Of a stretch of DNA of 64,000 nt, positions 19,189 to 28,512 are shown piece by piece. The DNA is from Candidatus Brocadiia bacterium (GTDB taxonomy: Bacteria > Planctomycetota > Brocadiia > CAIUPP01), in assembly GCA_050015075.1 (NCBI GenBank), contig JBEKCB010000007.1, forward strand, positions 1 through 64,000, given 5' to 3'. The translations under genes were made by a program, and so were the position numbers. The notes under the pieces are model-generated. The model saw only the letters and a list, made by a program, of their open reading frames with translations, had not been told where the DNA came from and did no database searches. Every line of letters starts with the position of its first letter. Positions within the stretch are counted from its first letter, which is position 1.

Positions 19189-19908
19189 TCACCATTGGTA
19201 CTGCTCTAATCGCCATGGTAGGTACAGGCATGGCTCGGCATGGCCTTCGAACGATGCCCATTGCGCCACCCGATGGGCGTCGCGGAGCGTCCCGAATAAA
19301 CCGTTTTGGTTGAGGCGAATGCCGAATTCCGCATGAACATCCTTTTCGCCACCTGTGCAAAGCAACGTATGGCTTTCTTTCACAGCGTCTCCGAAAACTT
19401 CGAATCCCATAAGGTTCCCATCATCTGCCGGCGGTAGCCCTAGCTTCAGGACTTCCGTACGCTCCGAGACATATGGGCCGCTGGCGAACATTGAGTCATG
19501 CATTGGACCGGCTTCACCCAGAAGGGCTTCGAGGAATTCTTTGTGTAGCGAGGTTCCGAGCAGCAGCACGTCCGCGGCACCCTGAAGGAACTCACGGGCG
19601 AACTCGCTCGCTGTGTCAAGTTTCGAAAAGGCATAAGGCCAGATGTTGGCAGGCTCGGGCGGGTGTCTTTTCATCCAAGGATACAGTTCAGCGAGACGAT
19701 GGGGTTGAACTCCCATTTTAGCGGCAATATCGATATTAGTCTGATTTGGCGCCTCGTTCAAGAACCAAGAGTCCGGAAACACCTCGGTTACGCATGGCGA
19801 CAGGGAAACTACATACTCGGGGACGAGTTCTGCACTCATCCATTCTCTTCTGCGGAAGCGCTTCGTGAGGAAGTAGCCTCCGGACGTGTATTCGAGTGAC
19901 CGTGACAT
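19189..19908 (-). CDS. Hypothetical protein, lower GC than flanks
   Basis: 239-aa ORF with natural composition; no recognised motif. Confidence 0.7.
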   Translation of the reverse strand: MSRSLEYTSGGYFLTKRFRRREWMSAELVPEYVVSLSPCVTEVFPDSWFLNEAPNQTNIDIAAKMGVQPHRLAELYPWMKRHPPEPANIWPYAFSKLDTASEFAREFLQGAADVLLLGTSLHKEFLEALLGEAGPMHDSMFASGPYVSERTEVLKLGLPPADDGNLMGFEVFGDAVKESHTLLCTGGEKDVHAEFGIRLNQNGLFGTLRDAHRVAQWASFEGHAEPCLYLPWRLEQYQW

Positions 19909-20168
19909 TGGCTGTTAGCCTCACCAGCGCCGAGCAAATGTTTCCAGTTTGCAACCGCGAAATTGCACCTTGGGTGAAGATACATTCTCCGTACCTCTGT
20001 GCGCAAGCGCGAGACCGAAGGCGAAAGGTTGAAGCGACAGGATCTCCACTGCCATTGTTCGTAATTTTCCTAATGGCTGCCTCACGACGGTCAGGCATCC
20101 AAATCATGTTTAGCGGCTGAGCGCGCTCCCGTCAAGCAATTCCCGCGCCGGCGGCGCGGAAATCTCGG

Positions 20169-20196
20169 TTGCTATTTCATTCAGGGATGATAGAAT
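20169..20196 (+). promoter_or_regulatory. Putative sigma70 promoter
   Basis: TTGCTA-N16-TAGAAT with TG extension. Confidence 0.45.
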
Positions 20197-20237
20197 CCTG
20201 GCGGGCAGGTTCCCAACGATCAACCCGGAGGATGCGC

Positions 20238-21296
20238 ATGCCCAAGGAAACGATGACGCCCCGCGAGCGCTGGCTGGCGGTGCTGCGGCGCGAGAAGCCG
20301 GACCGCGTGCCGATGGATTACTGGGGGACGTCGGAAGCGACCGCGAAGCTGAAGCGGCACCTCGGCGTGGCCACCACCGAGGAAGTGTTCGCGCGGCTGC
20401 ACATTGACGCGCCGCTGGACGTCGGGCCGAAGTACGTCGGGCCGAAGCTGCCGCCGGGGACGAACCTGTACGGGATCCGCATGCAGACGATGCGCCACGA
20501 GGGCGGCGAATACCTCGAGAACGCCGACGCGCCGCTCGCCAAATATAACTCCGTGGCGGAGATCGAGAAGCACTACCGCTGGCCCAGTATTGACTGGTTC
20601 GACTTCTCCGGCCTTCCGAAGCAGGTCGAGGGTCAGGAGCGCCGCCCGATCCGCGGCGGCGGCTCTGAACCGTTCCTCACTTACAAGGCGCTGCGCGGAC
20701 AGGAGCAGGCGTTTATGGACCTGGCGCTCAACCCGGAAATCGTCCACTACTGCCTCGACAAGCTTTTCGACCTGGCCTATGAGCAGACGCGCCGGATCTA
20801 CGAGGCGATCCCCGGCAAGGTCGCGATCTCGTATATCGCCGAGGACATGGGCGGCCAGACCGACCTGATGATGTCCGTCAAGCACATCCGCGAATTCCTG
20901 CTGCCGCGGATGAAACGGATGATCGCCCTGACGCACAGCGCCGGCGCGTACGCCTTCCACCACAACGACGGCTCTTGCTGGCGCATCCTGCCGGACATGA
21001 TCGCGGCGGGGATTGACGTGCTCAACCCGATCCAGTGGCGATGCCGGGGAATGGAGCGCGAGCGGCTGAAGCGCGACTTCGGCGACAAGCTGATCTTCCA
21101 CGGCGGGGTGGACAACCAGCACACGCTTCCGTTCGGCACGGTCGCAGAGGTGCGGCAGGAAGTCATTGACAACCTGCGCATTCTCGGCGCCGGGGGCGGC
21201 TACATCATCGCCCCGTGCCACAACATCCAGGTCGTCGGCCCGGCGGAGAACGTCGTGGCGATGTACGAGACCGGGTACGAACACGGCTGGAGCTGA
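20238..21296 (+). CDS. Uroporphyrinogen decarboxylase / MtaA-CmuA superfamily protein
   Basis: MTPRERWLAVLRREKPDRVP, AEDMGGQ, HHNDG, GIDVLNPIQ, FHGGVDNQ, GGGYIIAPCHNIQ. Confidence 0.9.
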   Translation: MPKETMTPRERWLAVLRREKPDRVPMDYWGTSEATAKLKRHLGVATTEEVFARLHIDAPLDVGPKYVGPKLPPGTNLYGIRMQTMRHEGGEYLENADAPLAKYNSVAEIEKHYRWPSIDWFDFSGLPKQVEGQERRPIRGGGSEPFLTYKALRGQEQAFMDLALNPEIVHYCLDKLFDLAYEQTRRIYEAIPGKVAISYIAEDMGGQTDLMMSVKHIREFLLPRMKRMIALTHSAGAYAFHHNDGSCWRILPDMIAAGIDVLNPIQWRCRGMERERLKRDFGDKLIFHGGVDNQHTLPFGTVAEVRQEVIDNLRILGAGGGYIIAPCHNIQVVGPAENVVAMYETGYEHGWS

Positions 21297-21313
21297 CCGG
21301 CCGGGAATCACCA

Positions 21314-23722
21314 TCACTCCAGGACGATGACGGCCACGTCCTCCGCCTTCAGCGATAGCGTGAGCTTTCCATCCGCGACAGGCAGTTCCGCGCCGCCGAC
21401 GAGCTCACGGACCTTTCCCGAAGCCTTGCCGCTCAGCACGATGACCGCTTCCGTTTCCCGGCCGCTGTCGTTGAACACCGTCAGGTACTTTTCGCCGAAG
21501 CGTTCCACCCAAACCTTCGGGTCCTCGCATCGGGCGCGGGTGATCGGCTGCCAGCCCGCCTCGGCCACGGTCCGGCACAGCGGCACGTACTTCCTGAACA
21601 GGTCGCGGTCGCGGTTGTAGAGCGCGGGCTGGCTGAAGTAGTGGCCCTCGGAGGCGTTCTGGCTGAAGAAGCCGGGGAACATGCCGCAGGCCAGGCAGCG
21701 CTTCATGTACTTCTCGACCAGTTCATGGGGGAAGGCCGCGAAGTCCGTGTTCATCAGGAAGCAGTACGGCTTCGGCCCGCACAGGACCCGGCGGCAGAGC
21801 AGTTCCTCCTCGGACATCGGCCGCCATTTTCCGCCGGGGTTCCAGTCAGTTTCGGTCCCCATGACGTCCAGCCACGGCGCCAGCCAGCAGAGCCGGCCCG
21901 GCGTGCCGTTGGCCATCATCAGTTTGCCCATGCCGTGCACGTCTTCGGCGATGGCGCGGACGTACTCGAACGCGATCAGGCCGCGGAAAACCGCGGGCTT
22001 GAAGTCGTCGGCCGAAAAGGTCAGCGGCGCCTGCGCGGCAGCCAGGTGCTCGCGGCGGAAATCCAGCTCGGCCGTCACATAGCCTTCGCTGGAATCAACG
22101 TACTCTCCGCCGAGGTCGCCCTTGCGGCCCTTGCCGTACAGCTTCTCCTTCCAGTCCGCGTTCCACTTGTTCTTGAAGTCCGTCACGTCTCCCGGAATGC
22201 CGGGCGAAGAGTTCATGCTCCAGACGGCCCCGTCGCACCACGGCTCATGAAGGATGCGGGCCACGAACTGCCCCGACTCGTCATAGTGGCCGCTGGTCAG
22301 CAGGGCCTGGGCTTCGCGGTCGCCCTTAGCCGCCCGCCTTCTGGCCTCGGCCAGCGCGGCCTCCGGCGTCCGCGGCAGCTCCTTCGGCATGGGCATCCAC
22401 CAGGTCATCGGCTCGGTGTAGCGGAACGTGATGATGTCGTGGGCGTTATCCCATTCGGTTTCGTCATTGCCCTCCTTGAACCGAAAGCCGAAGTCCTGCC
22501 AGCCGGCGACCTGGCTGATCTTCTGGAACGGCATCCAGATTCCCTGCCGCGGCGTGCGGCAGCGGAAATAGTCCGGGAAGAGCTCGTAGAGCCCGGCGGC
22601 CGCGCCGCGGAACCCGGCCGCGCCGGCGAAGGGATAGGCGCAGAAGGAGAACTCAGCCGTGGGCTTCTCCTTCGCCAGGCCCAGGTCATAGGCGATGTAG
22701 AGTTCGCTCAATCCGGCGGCAAACCCGACGCGGAAGAACGCGGGCCTGCCCATGTCCAGGGCGATGGCCCGGCCCTGGTCTCCTTTGGTGACGGCGGCAA
22801 ACGGGTACATGGACAGCCGGCCGGTCCCGCTGTCTCCGAATCGTGTAGCGCACACGTTCCCATAGGGCGAGGCGGCCGTTTCCCGGCGCGGGCTTGCCCA
22901 CCAGCGCCAACCGTCGCCGGAAACGGGTGTCGCATAGATCAGAGTCACGGCGCGGTCCTTGCCGGTGGTATCGGCCAGGCTGCCGGTGAAGAAGGCGGCC
23001 CGGCCCTGCAGGGACTTCTTGAACTCCAGCTTCAGGCCCAGCGCCTCTCCATTCTCCAGCGAATGGAAGTCGGAATCGGCGGCTGCGTCGCGGACCCAGA
23101 AGCCCTCCGTTCCGGCCGCGGCGGGCTTGACGGGCACGCCGTCGAAGATCACGGCGTCGCGCGCGGTTGCGATCTGGCACAACTGCGGATGCTTGAACGA
23201 CGCCTTCCCGGCATGCGAGCGGAGCAGCATGTGGAAGTACACTTCTTTGACCGGCTTGGCGGGGAAGACCCGCACTTCCACGCGCTGCCAGTCATGAGTG
23301 CCGACCTTGAACGGCGCGACCTGGCCCCAGAGCGGCTCGCCGTCCATGTAGACGAGATCGAGGTAGAGCGAGTAATCCGCGTCCCGCTGCCCGCCGACGC
23401 CCTCGGCCTTGCTCCAGACCGAAGCGAGGATCGGCAGGGGCGCCGCCTGGTTGAGGACCACCGACTGGCTGAGGCCGCCCCTGGCGTTGCGGTCGGCCCC
23501 GTTGTCGCAGATGAAGGCTTCCCCATCGCGCCTGAAAGGGAACTCGCTCTGATAGGGCCGCCAGGCGTCGTCCTTCAGCAGGCTCTTCTGGCTCTCGTCA
23601 GCCCGGACGACCGCTCGGGTAACCTGGGCGCGGGCCTGCGAGCTGAGCAACAGGGCAAGCACCAGCGGAACCAGGGCCGCGCACCGCCTGATATTGCCGT
23701 CGGTCACTTGTGTCACGGCCAT
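21314..23722 (-). CDS. Secreted protein, CBM-like N-terminus plus putative glycoside-hydrolase barrel
   Basis: GGAG RBS, signal peptide, GTHDWQRVEV (CBM-like), GEYVDS, MMANG, DVMGTE; family uncertain. Confidence 0.7.
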   Translation of the reverse strand: MAVTQVTDGNIRRCAALVPLVLALLLSSQARAQVTRAVVRADESQKSLLKDDAWRPYQSEFPFRRDGEAFICDNGADRNARGGLSQSVVLNQAAPLPILASVWSKAEGVGGQRDADYSLYLDLVYMDGEPLWGQVAPFKVGTHDWQRVEVRVFPAKPVKEVYFHMLLRSHAGKASFKHPQLCQIATARDAVIFDGVPVKPAAAGTEGFWVRDAAADSDFHSLENGEALGLKLEFKKSLQGRAAFFTGSLADTTGKDRAVTLIYATPVSGDGWRWWASPRRETAASPYGNVCATRFGDSGTGRLSMYPFAAVTKGDQGRAIALDMGRPAFFRVGFAAGLSELYIAYDLGLAKEKPTAEFSFCAYPFAGAAGFRGAAAGLYELFPDYFRCRTPRQGIWMPFQKISQVAGWQDFGFRFKEGNDETEWDNAHDIITFRYTEPMTWWMPMPKELPRTPEAALAEARRRAAKGDREAQALLTSGHYDESGQFVARILHEPWCDGAVWSMNSSPGIPGDVTDFKNKWNADWKEKLYGKGRKGDLGGEYVDSSEGYVTAELDFRREHLAAAQAPLTFSADDFKPAVFRGLIAFEYVRAIAEDVHGMGKLMMANGTPGRLCWLAPWLDVMGTETDWNPGGKWRPMSEEELLCRRVLCGPKPYCFLMNTDFAAFPHELVEKYMKRCLACGMFPGFFSQNASEGHYFSQPALYNRDRDLFRKYVPLCRTVAEAGWQPITRARCEDPKVWVERFGEKYLTVFNDSGRETEAVIVLSGKASGKVRELVGGAELPVADGKLTLSLKAEDVAVIVLE

Positions 23723-23853
23723 GTCTCCAGTTTTCAAGACCGCACGCCCCTCCGCAATCGCCCAATAGTAGCAAGCGTTTCGGCAACTCGCAAGCCGGGA
23801 CCGAGCCGCAAGTTGCAACAATTTGCGACACGTCCCGCGCGGGCGCCGGCATC

Positions 23854-23882
23854 TTGCGGGACACCCGCGACAAGCGTATAAT
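23854..23882 (+). promoter_or_regulatory. Putative sigma70 promoter, with a divergent partner TTGCGA-N17-TACTAT on the minus strand near 23765-23793
   Basis: TTGCGG-N17-TATAAT. Confidence 0.6.
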
Positions 23883-23957
23883 CCAGTGTCCGCGGCCACC
23901 GCGAGTTTGAGAGGAGCTTCTCGCCGACGCCCGATGAATCCCCGGCAAGGAAATCCC

Positions 23958-25091
23958 GTGCGCTGCGCGCTCGTCCATGATTGGTTGACGGGCATGCGGG
24001 GCGGAGAAAAGGTCCTCGAGGTCCTCTGCGAGCTTTTCCCCGAGGCCGATCTCTACACGATGGTGCACGTTCCCGGCAGCGTCACGCCTGTGATCGAGAA
24101 CCGGCGCATCTTCACCTCGTGCCTGGACCGGTTGCCCGGCGTCGGAAGTTACTACCGGAACTTGCTGCCGCTCATGCCGTGGGCGGCGGGGCGGATGCGG
24201 CTTGAAGGTTACGACCTGGTCGTCGCCGTCAGCCATTGCGTGGCGCACGGGGTGCGCGTCGCGGAAGGCACGCGGTTCGTCTGCTATTGCCTGACGCCGA
24301 TGCGCTACGCGTGGGACCAGTTGGAGGCCTACCGTCCGCGCGGCTGGCGCGCCCGCCTCCAATACTTCCTCCTGCGCCGGTTGCAGCCGCGACTGCGGGA
24401 ATGGAACCGGCAGGCCGCGCGGCGGGTGACCGAGTATGTCTCCGATTGCCAGAACGTGCGCGAGCGCGTCCGGCGCTGCCTTGACCGGGAGTCGGCGGTG
24501 ATCTATCCTCCGGTGGACACCGATTACTTCCATCCGGTGGAGGCCGCGCCCGGCGGCTTCTATTTGTGGGCGGGCGCGCTGGCGCCGTACAAGCGCATGG
24601 ACATGGCGCTCGAGGCGTTCCGCGCGCTCGACCGCGAGCTGGTGGTGATCGGCGACGGCCAAGACCTCGGCTGGGCGCGAAGGACGGCGCCGCCGAACGT
24701 GAAATTCCTCGGCCGCCAGCCGGACGACGTGCTGCGGCGGCATTACTCGGCGTGCAGGGCGCTGATCTACCCGGGCGAGGAGGATTTCGGCCTCGTGCCG
24801 CTGGAAGCCCAGGCGTGCGGACGGCCGGTCATCGCCTATGGCCGCGGCGGCGCGCTCGAGACCGTCGTGGACCCGGCGCAGGCCGCGCCGCAGGCGGGCG
24901 CGACGGGCATCCTCTTCCGCGAGCCGACCGCCGCGGCGCTCGTCGAAGCCGTCCGCCGGTTCGAGCGGTCCGAGGCGGCCTTCCGCGCCGAAACGCTGCG
25001 CGCGAACGCGCTGCGCTTCAGCCGCGAACGGTGCAAGGCCGCGCTCCGCGACAATCTCCTGTCGCCGCAGAAGGGAACGGAGCAATGCTGA
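23958..25091 (+). CDS. Glycosyltransferase family 4
   Basis: ALVHDWLTGMRGGEKVLE, VIYPPVDT, EEDFGLVPLEAQACGRPVIAYGRGG. Confidence 0.95.
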   Translation: MRCALVHDWLTGMRGGEKVLEVLCELFPEADLYTMVHVPGSVTPVIENRRIFTSCLDRLPGVGSYYRNLLPLMPWAAGRMRLEGYDLVVAVSHCVAHGVRVAEGTRFVCYCLTPMRYAWDQLEAYRPRGWRARLQYFLLRRLQPRLREWNRQAARRVTEYVSDCQNVRERVRRCLDRESAVIYPPVDTDYFHPVEAAPGGFYLWAGALAPYKRMDMALEAFRALDRELVVIGDGQDLGWARRTAPPNVKFLGRQPDDVLRRHYSACRALIYPGEEDFGLVPLEAQACGRPVIAYGRGGALETVVDPAQAAPQAGATGILFREPTAAALVEAVRRFERSEAAFRAETLRANALRFSRERCKAALRDNLLSPQKGTEQC

Positions 25092-25138
25092 GGCGCTGGT
25101 CATTTTCCTGACGCGCTTTATGGGGTTCATCAACCGGA

Positions 25139-26800
25139 ATGCGCACTGAAGAGACCGCTCCGATCGCCGCGCCGCGCGGGACGCTGACGGGGCTGTTCGT
25201 CGCCCTGGCGCTGACGGCGGGAGTGGAGATCGCGCTTGCCGCGCGGTCGCCGCTCATCGCGAAGGACGGCGTGACTTTCATCGAGGTCGCGCAGCAGCTC
25301 GCCGTATCGCCCATCGAGACGATCCGCGCATCGGTCCAGCATCCCGGCTACCCGGCGATGATCCTGGCGGCGCGGCGCGTCATCGGCCTGTTCGGGCCGG
25401 TGGATGATTTAAGCGCGTGGATATGGGCCGCGCGGGCGCCGGTGATGCTGTTCGGCCTGCTGAACGTGCTCGTGTTCTGGTGCTGGGTCCGCCGCGCGTT
25501 CGATAACCGCGTGGCCGGCATTGCGGCGGTCTTCCTCGCGATTCTGCCGGTTTTCTGCGAGAGCGCCGCGGACACCATGAGCGACGCGCCGCACCTGTTC
25601 TTCTATCTCCTGTCGGCCTGGTTGATCACCGAAGGAATGGTCCGGCGCAGGTTCTGGTTTTTCCCGCTGGCCGGCGCGGCGAGCGGCCTGGCCTACTGGA
25701 TACGGCCCGAAGGCCTGGCGCCGGTCGTCGTCGGCGCCGGCGTCATTGCGCTCCTCGCCGTCTTTGGACGCGAGAAGCCGCTGCGGGCGCTTGCCTGGCT
25801 GGCCGGGTTGCTGATCGCCACGGGAATCGTCGCGGCGCCATACACATGTCTTAAGGGGAAACTGACGGACAAGAAGGACTTGAGCACCCTCGTGCGCAGC
25901 GAATCCAACGAGCAGTCCGGCCGCAGCGTCACGGGCGCACCGCCCGCCGCGCCGCCGGGTCCGGTCGCCTGGCAGCCGACACCGGTCCCGGCCGTCTCGC
26001 AGCCGGCTCCAGGCCCGGCCGCATCGCAGCCGACTCCGGCCCCGGTCGCGGTTCAACCGGTTCCTCGGAGCGGCCGTCTCGTCGCGCTGGCGAACGCCGT
26101 GGGCATGCTCGCCATGCAGTGGACGGTAGGGCTGCGCTACTTTATTACATGGCTGGTTGCGATGGGGTTTGTCTTCCCTGGCGCGCCGAAGGCCCAGCCG
26201 CGCCCGAAGCTCTTCCTGGCTGCCCTGGCCGGCTTCAACATCGTGCTCCTGATCCTGCTGTACCTGGTGGCGGGCTACATCGCGGGGCGCCACACGATGC
26301 CGCTGCTGTGCGTGAGCCTTGCCTGGGCAGGCAGCGGGACCATCTGGCTGGGCGGGAAGTTGTCGGGGCTGCTGGCTTCGCGTTCGGCCGCGACGACGAG
26401 ACTCAGCCCCGGCCTCCTGGCGGGCCTGTTGGTCGCGGGGTCCGTACTGGGGCTGCTGCCGCGAAGCCTGCGGCCGCTCCACGAGCATGCGCGGCCGGTG
26501 CTCCAGGCCGCACGCTGGATCGGGGACCACGCGCAGCCCGGCGACACGCTCCTGACCAACACCTGCTACGGGACGTTTTATTCCCGGGTGCCCGGCCGCG
26601 TCATGCAGGTGGGCGAGACGTTTCCCGCCTCCTTCAAGCAGGACCTGCGCTGGCCGTACCGGTTTGTGCTGCTGGACCGCACGGCTTCGAACTTTCAGCA
26701 GGTGCAGACGCCGGAGCTTCTCAAGTCCCACGTGCTGGTGAAGATCGCGGGGCTTCCCGATGACAACCCCATCGTCCTCGAATCGCGTCCGCCGCGGTAG
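25139..26800 (+). CDS. GT-C fold membrane glycosyltransferase (ArnT/PMT-like)
   Basis: Multiple TMs; KDGVTFIEVA, QHPGYP, MSDAPHLFF, LAYWIRPEG. Confidence 0.8.
   Translation: MRTEETAPIAAPRGTLTGLFVALALTAGVEIALAARSPLIAKDGVTFIEVAQQLAVSPIETIRASVQHPGYPAMILAARRVIGLFGPVDDLSAWIWAARAPVMLFGLLNVLVFWCWVRRAFDNRVAGIAAVFLAILPVFCESAADTMSDAPHLFFYLLSAWLITEGMVRRRFWFFPLAGAASGLAYWIRPEGLAPVVVGAGVIALLAVFGREKPLRALAWLAGLLIATGIVAAPYTCLKGKLTDKKDLSTLVRSESNEQSGRSVTGAPPAAPPGPVAWQPTPVPAVSQPAPGPAASQPTPAPVAVQPVPRSGRLVALANAVGMLAMQWTVGLRYFITWLVAMGFVFPGAPKAQPRPKLFLAALAGFNIVLLILLYLVAGYIAGRHTMPLLCVSLAWAGSGTIWLGGKLSGLLASRSAATTRLSPGLLAGLLVAGSVLGLLPRSLRPLHEHARPVLQAARWIGDHAQPGDTLLTNTCYGTFYSRVPGRVMQVGETFPASFKQDLRWPYRFVLLDRTASNFQQVQTPELLKSHVLVKIAGLPDDNPIVLESRPPR
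25955..26062 (+). repeat. Four 27-bp (9-aa) Pro-rich tandem repeats inside the GT-C gene
   Basis: PGPVAWQPT PVPAVSQPA PGPAASQPT PAPVAVQPV. Confidence 0.75.
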
Positions 26801-26860
26801 CCGCTTGTAGTGTGCCGGCAAGGGCATAGAAAGTAGCGCCTGACGGCGCCGCTGCAAGCA
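26801..26860. repeat. GTAG-type REP doublet, copy 1
   Basis: CCGCTTGTAGTGTGCCGGCAAGGGCATA...AGCGCCTGACGGCGCCGCTGCAAGCA; near-identical arms recur at 42756-42836. Confidence 0.8.
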
Positions 26861-26872
26861 GCAGAGGCGCAG

Positions 26873-28324
26873 TCAGTCCCGCTCCAGCAACCGCAGGTCG
26901 CCGGCCTGGGCCTTCGTCGTGAAGCCCGGCGCGTCGCCACGGTCATCGCTGATCATGAGCCAGCGCACGCCGGAACCCACGGCGCCGGCCTTCTCCACGA
27001 TCGGCCAGTCCCGGTCGAGCGCAACGAGGAACATGCAGCCGATGTGCCGGTCCGCGCAGATGACGCCGTTCGCCGGCTCGGACCGCACCGCCGCCGCCAG
27101 GCGGTCCAGCTTGGGCCAGTAGCCGGCCAGTTGCCGCGTCTGCTGAAGGTCTGTTGTCCAGTAAATTCCCGCCACGACGAGCTGCGCCGCGACGAGCAGG
27201 GCAAAAACCGGCCGGCGGAAACGGTCCCAGGGCGCGGCGAAGAACCACATGGACGCCCACAGGACCGGCAGCGTCGGCATCATGTAACGCGTTCCCTGCT
27301 CGCCCCACCACACGATGTAAAGTCCCAGGTAAAACGGGAACGCCCACGCGAGGACGTTGGGCGCGCGCATCGCGAAACGCCACCAGCCGACGGCGAAGAG
27401 GATGAATAGCGGCACGAAGATGAACAGCGTGTTGGGAATCCACCGGCCCTTCGCATCGTAGCTCTTGAACATGCCCGGGATCAGCAGGCGCCCGACTTCC
27501 GTGACGCGCAGGCGCACCCCTTCGGCCACCAGCGCGGGCAGCGGCCTGTCCTTATTCTGATTGCGGAATTCGCCGACGTACGTCACCGTGCCCGGCCCTT
27601 GCTCTGCAGCGGAGGCCGATTGCCACGACAGGAACCCGATCGCCGACGCCAGCGCAATGACCGACGCGATGCCGCCCAGGAGAAAGCACCGGCCCCAGGA
27701 GACCCGGCGCCGGCACGCCAGCACGATCAGCATCACGCCGAACCCCGAAGCGATGAACACGCCCGCCGGGCGTATCCAGCAAAGGAATGCGATCAGCGCG
27801 CTGCCGGCCAGCGTCAGGCCGATCGCCTGGCCGATGCGAAGTTCCGTCGCCAGGGTCAGCAGGTTCACCGCCCAGATCATGGCCGCCATGAACCCGATCT
27901 CGGGCACCGTGCGGCGGTAGTAATACCAGAACCCGACGTTCGTCATGACCAGCGCCGTCAGCAGCAGCGCGTGGTTGCCGAAGTATTTCCGGCTCCAGAG
28001 ATACAGCCCCAGCATGAAGAGTACGGCCAGGAACCACTGCATGAGCCCGATGGCGATAAACGGCCGGACAGCTTGCAGGGCGAAAGCAGGCGCAATCAGG
28101 AGCGGATAGCCGGGAGCATAATGGAGATACCGCTCGCCGGAGAACCGGGTGAACCCGTGCCCCGTGCCGAGGCTTCTGGCAATGGAGAGATAGGAGCTTT
28201 CGTCGGGGCCCGGGAGCCAGCCCGAGCCGATCTGCATCGCCAGCAGCGCCGCGAGCACGATCAGCCAGAAGACGAAATGCTCCTCCGGCTTCCGCAGGTA
28301 ATCTTTCAGCGGCCGAGACTCCAT
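26873..28324 (-). CDS. GT-C fold membrane glycosyltransferase (ArnT/PMT-like)
   Basis: PDESSYLSIARSLGTGHGF, YAPGYPLLIAP, VPEIGF, WIRPAG, RYMMPTLP; multiple TMs. Confidence 0.8.
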   Translation of the reverse strand: MESRPLKDYLRKPEEHFVFWLIVLAALLAMQIGSGWLPGPDESSYLSIARSLGTGHGFTRFSGERYLHYAPGYPLLIAPAFALQAVRPFIAIGLMQWFLAVLFMLGLYLWSRKYFGNHALLLTALVMTNVGFWYYYRRTVPEIGFMAAMIWAVNLLTLATELRIGQAIGLTLAGSALIAFLCWIRPAGVFIASGFGVMLIVLACRRRVSWGRCFLLGGIASVIALASAIGFLSWQSASAAEQGPGTVTYVGEFRNQNKDRPLPALVAEGVRLRVTEVGRLLIPGMFKSYDAKGRWIPNTLFIFVPLFILFAVGWWRFAMRAPNVLAWAFPFYLGLYIVWWGEQGTRYMMPTLPVLWASMWFFAAPWDRFRRPVFALLVAAQLVVAGIYWTTDLQQTRQLAGYWPKLDRLAAAVRSEPANGVICADRHIGCMFLVALDRDWPIVEKAGAVGSGVRWLMISDDRGDAPGFTTKAQAGDLRLLERD

Positions 28325-28512
28325 CCCGTTGCTCCAGGGCCGGCGCGCATCATGCGCGGGCAGTGTCGGGCAGGCGCCGGGATTCTAGCAGACTCCGCGC
28401 TGCGCGGCAATCGCCCGCGAGAAGGCTTGACGACAGGAAAGGAAAGAGTAAACTGCCTGCGGCCTTGGTCCATTTCACGCTGAACCGGAATACGCTGGAC
28501 GGAACACCGCCG

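Noticed and set aside
19910-20110. Possible riboswitch, ncRNA or integron attC upstream of the orphan gene
   Set aside because: No recognisable consensus or paired attC core sites; would need an Rfam/IntegronFinder run
20238-21296. hemE assignment
   Set aside because: Belongs to the broad URO-D/MtaA-like superfamily and lacks the HemE WxMRQAGRY signature
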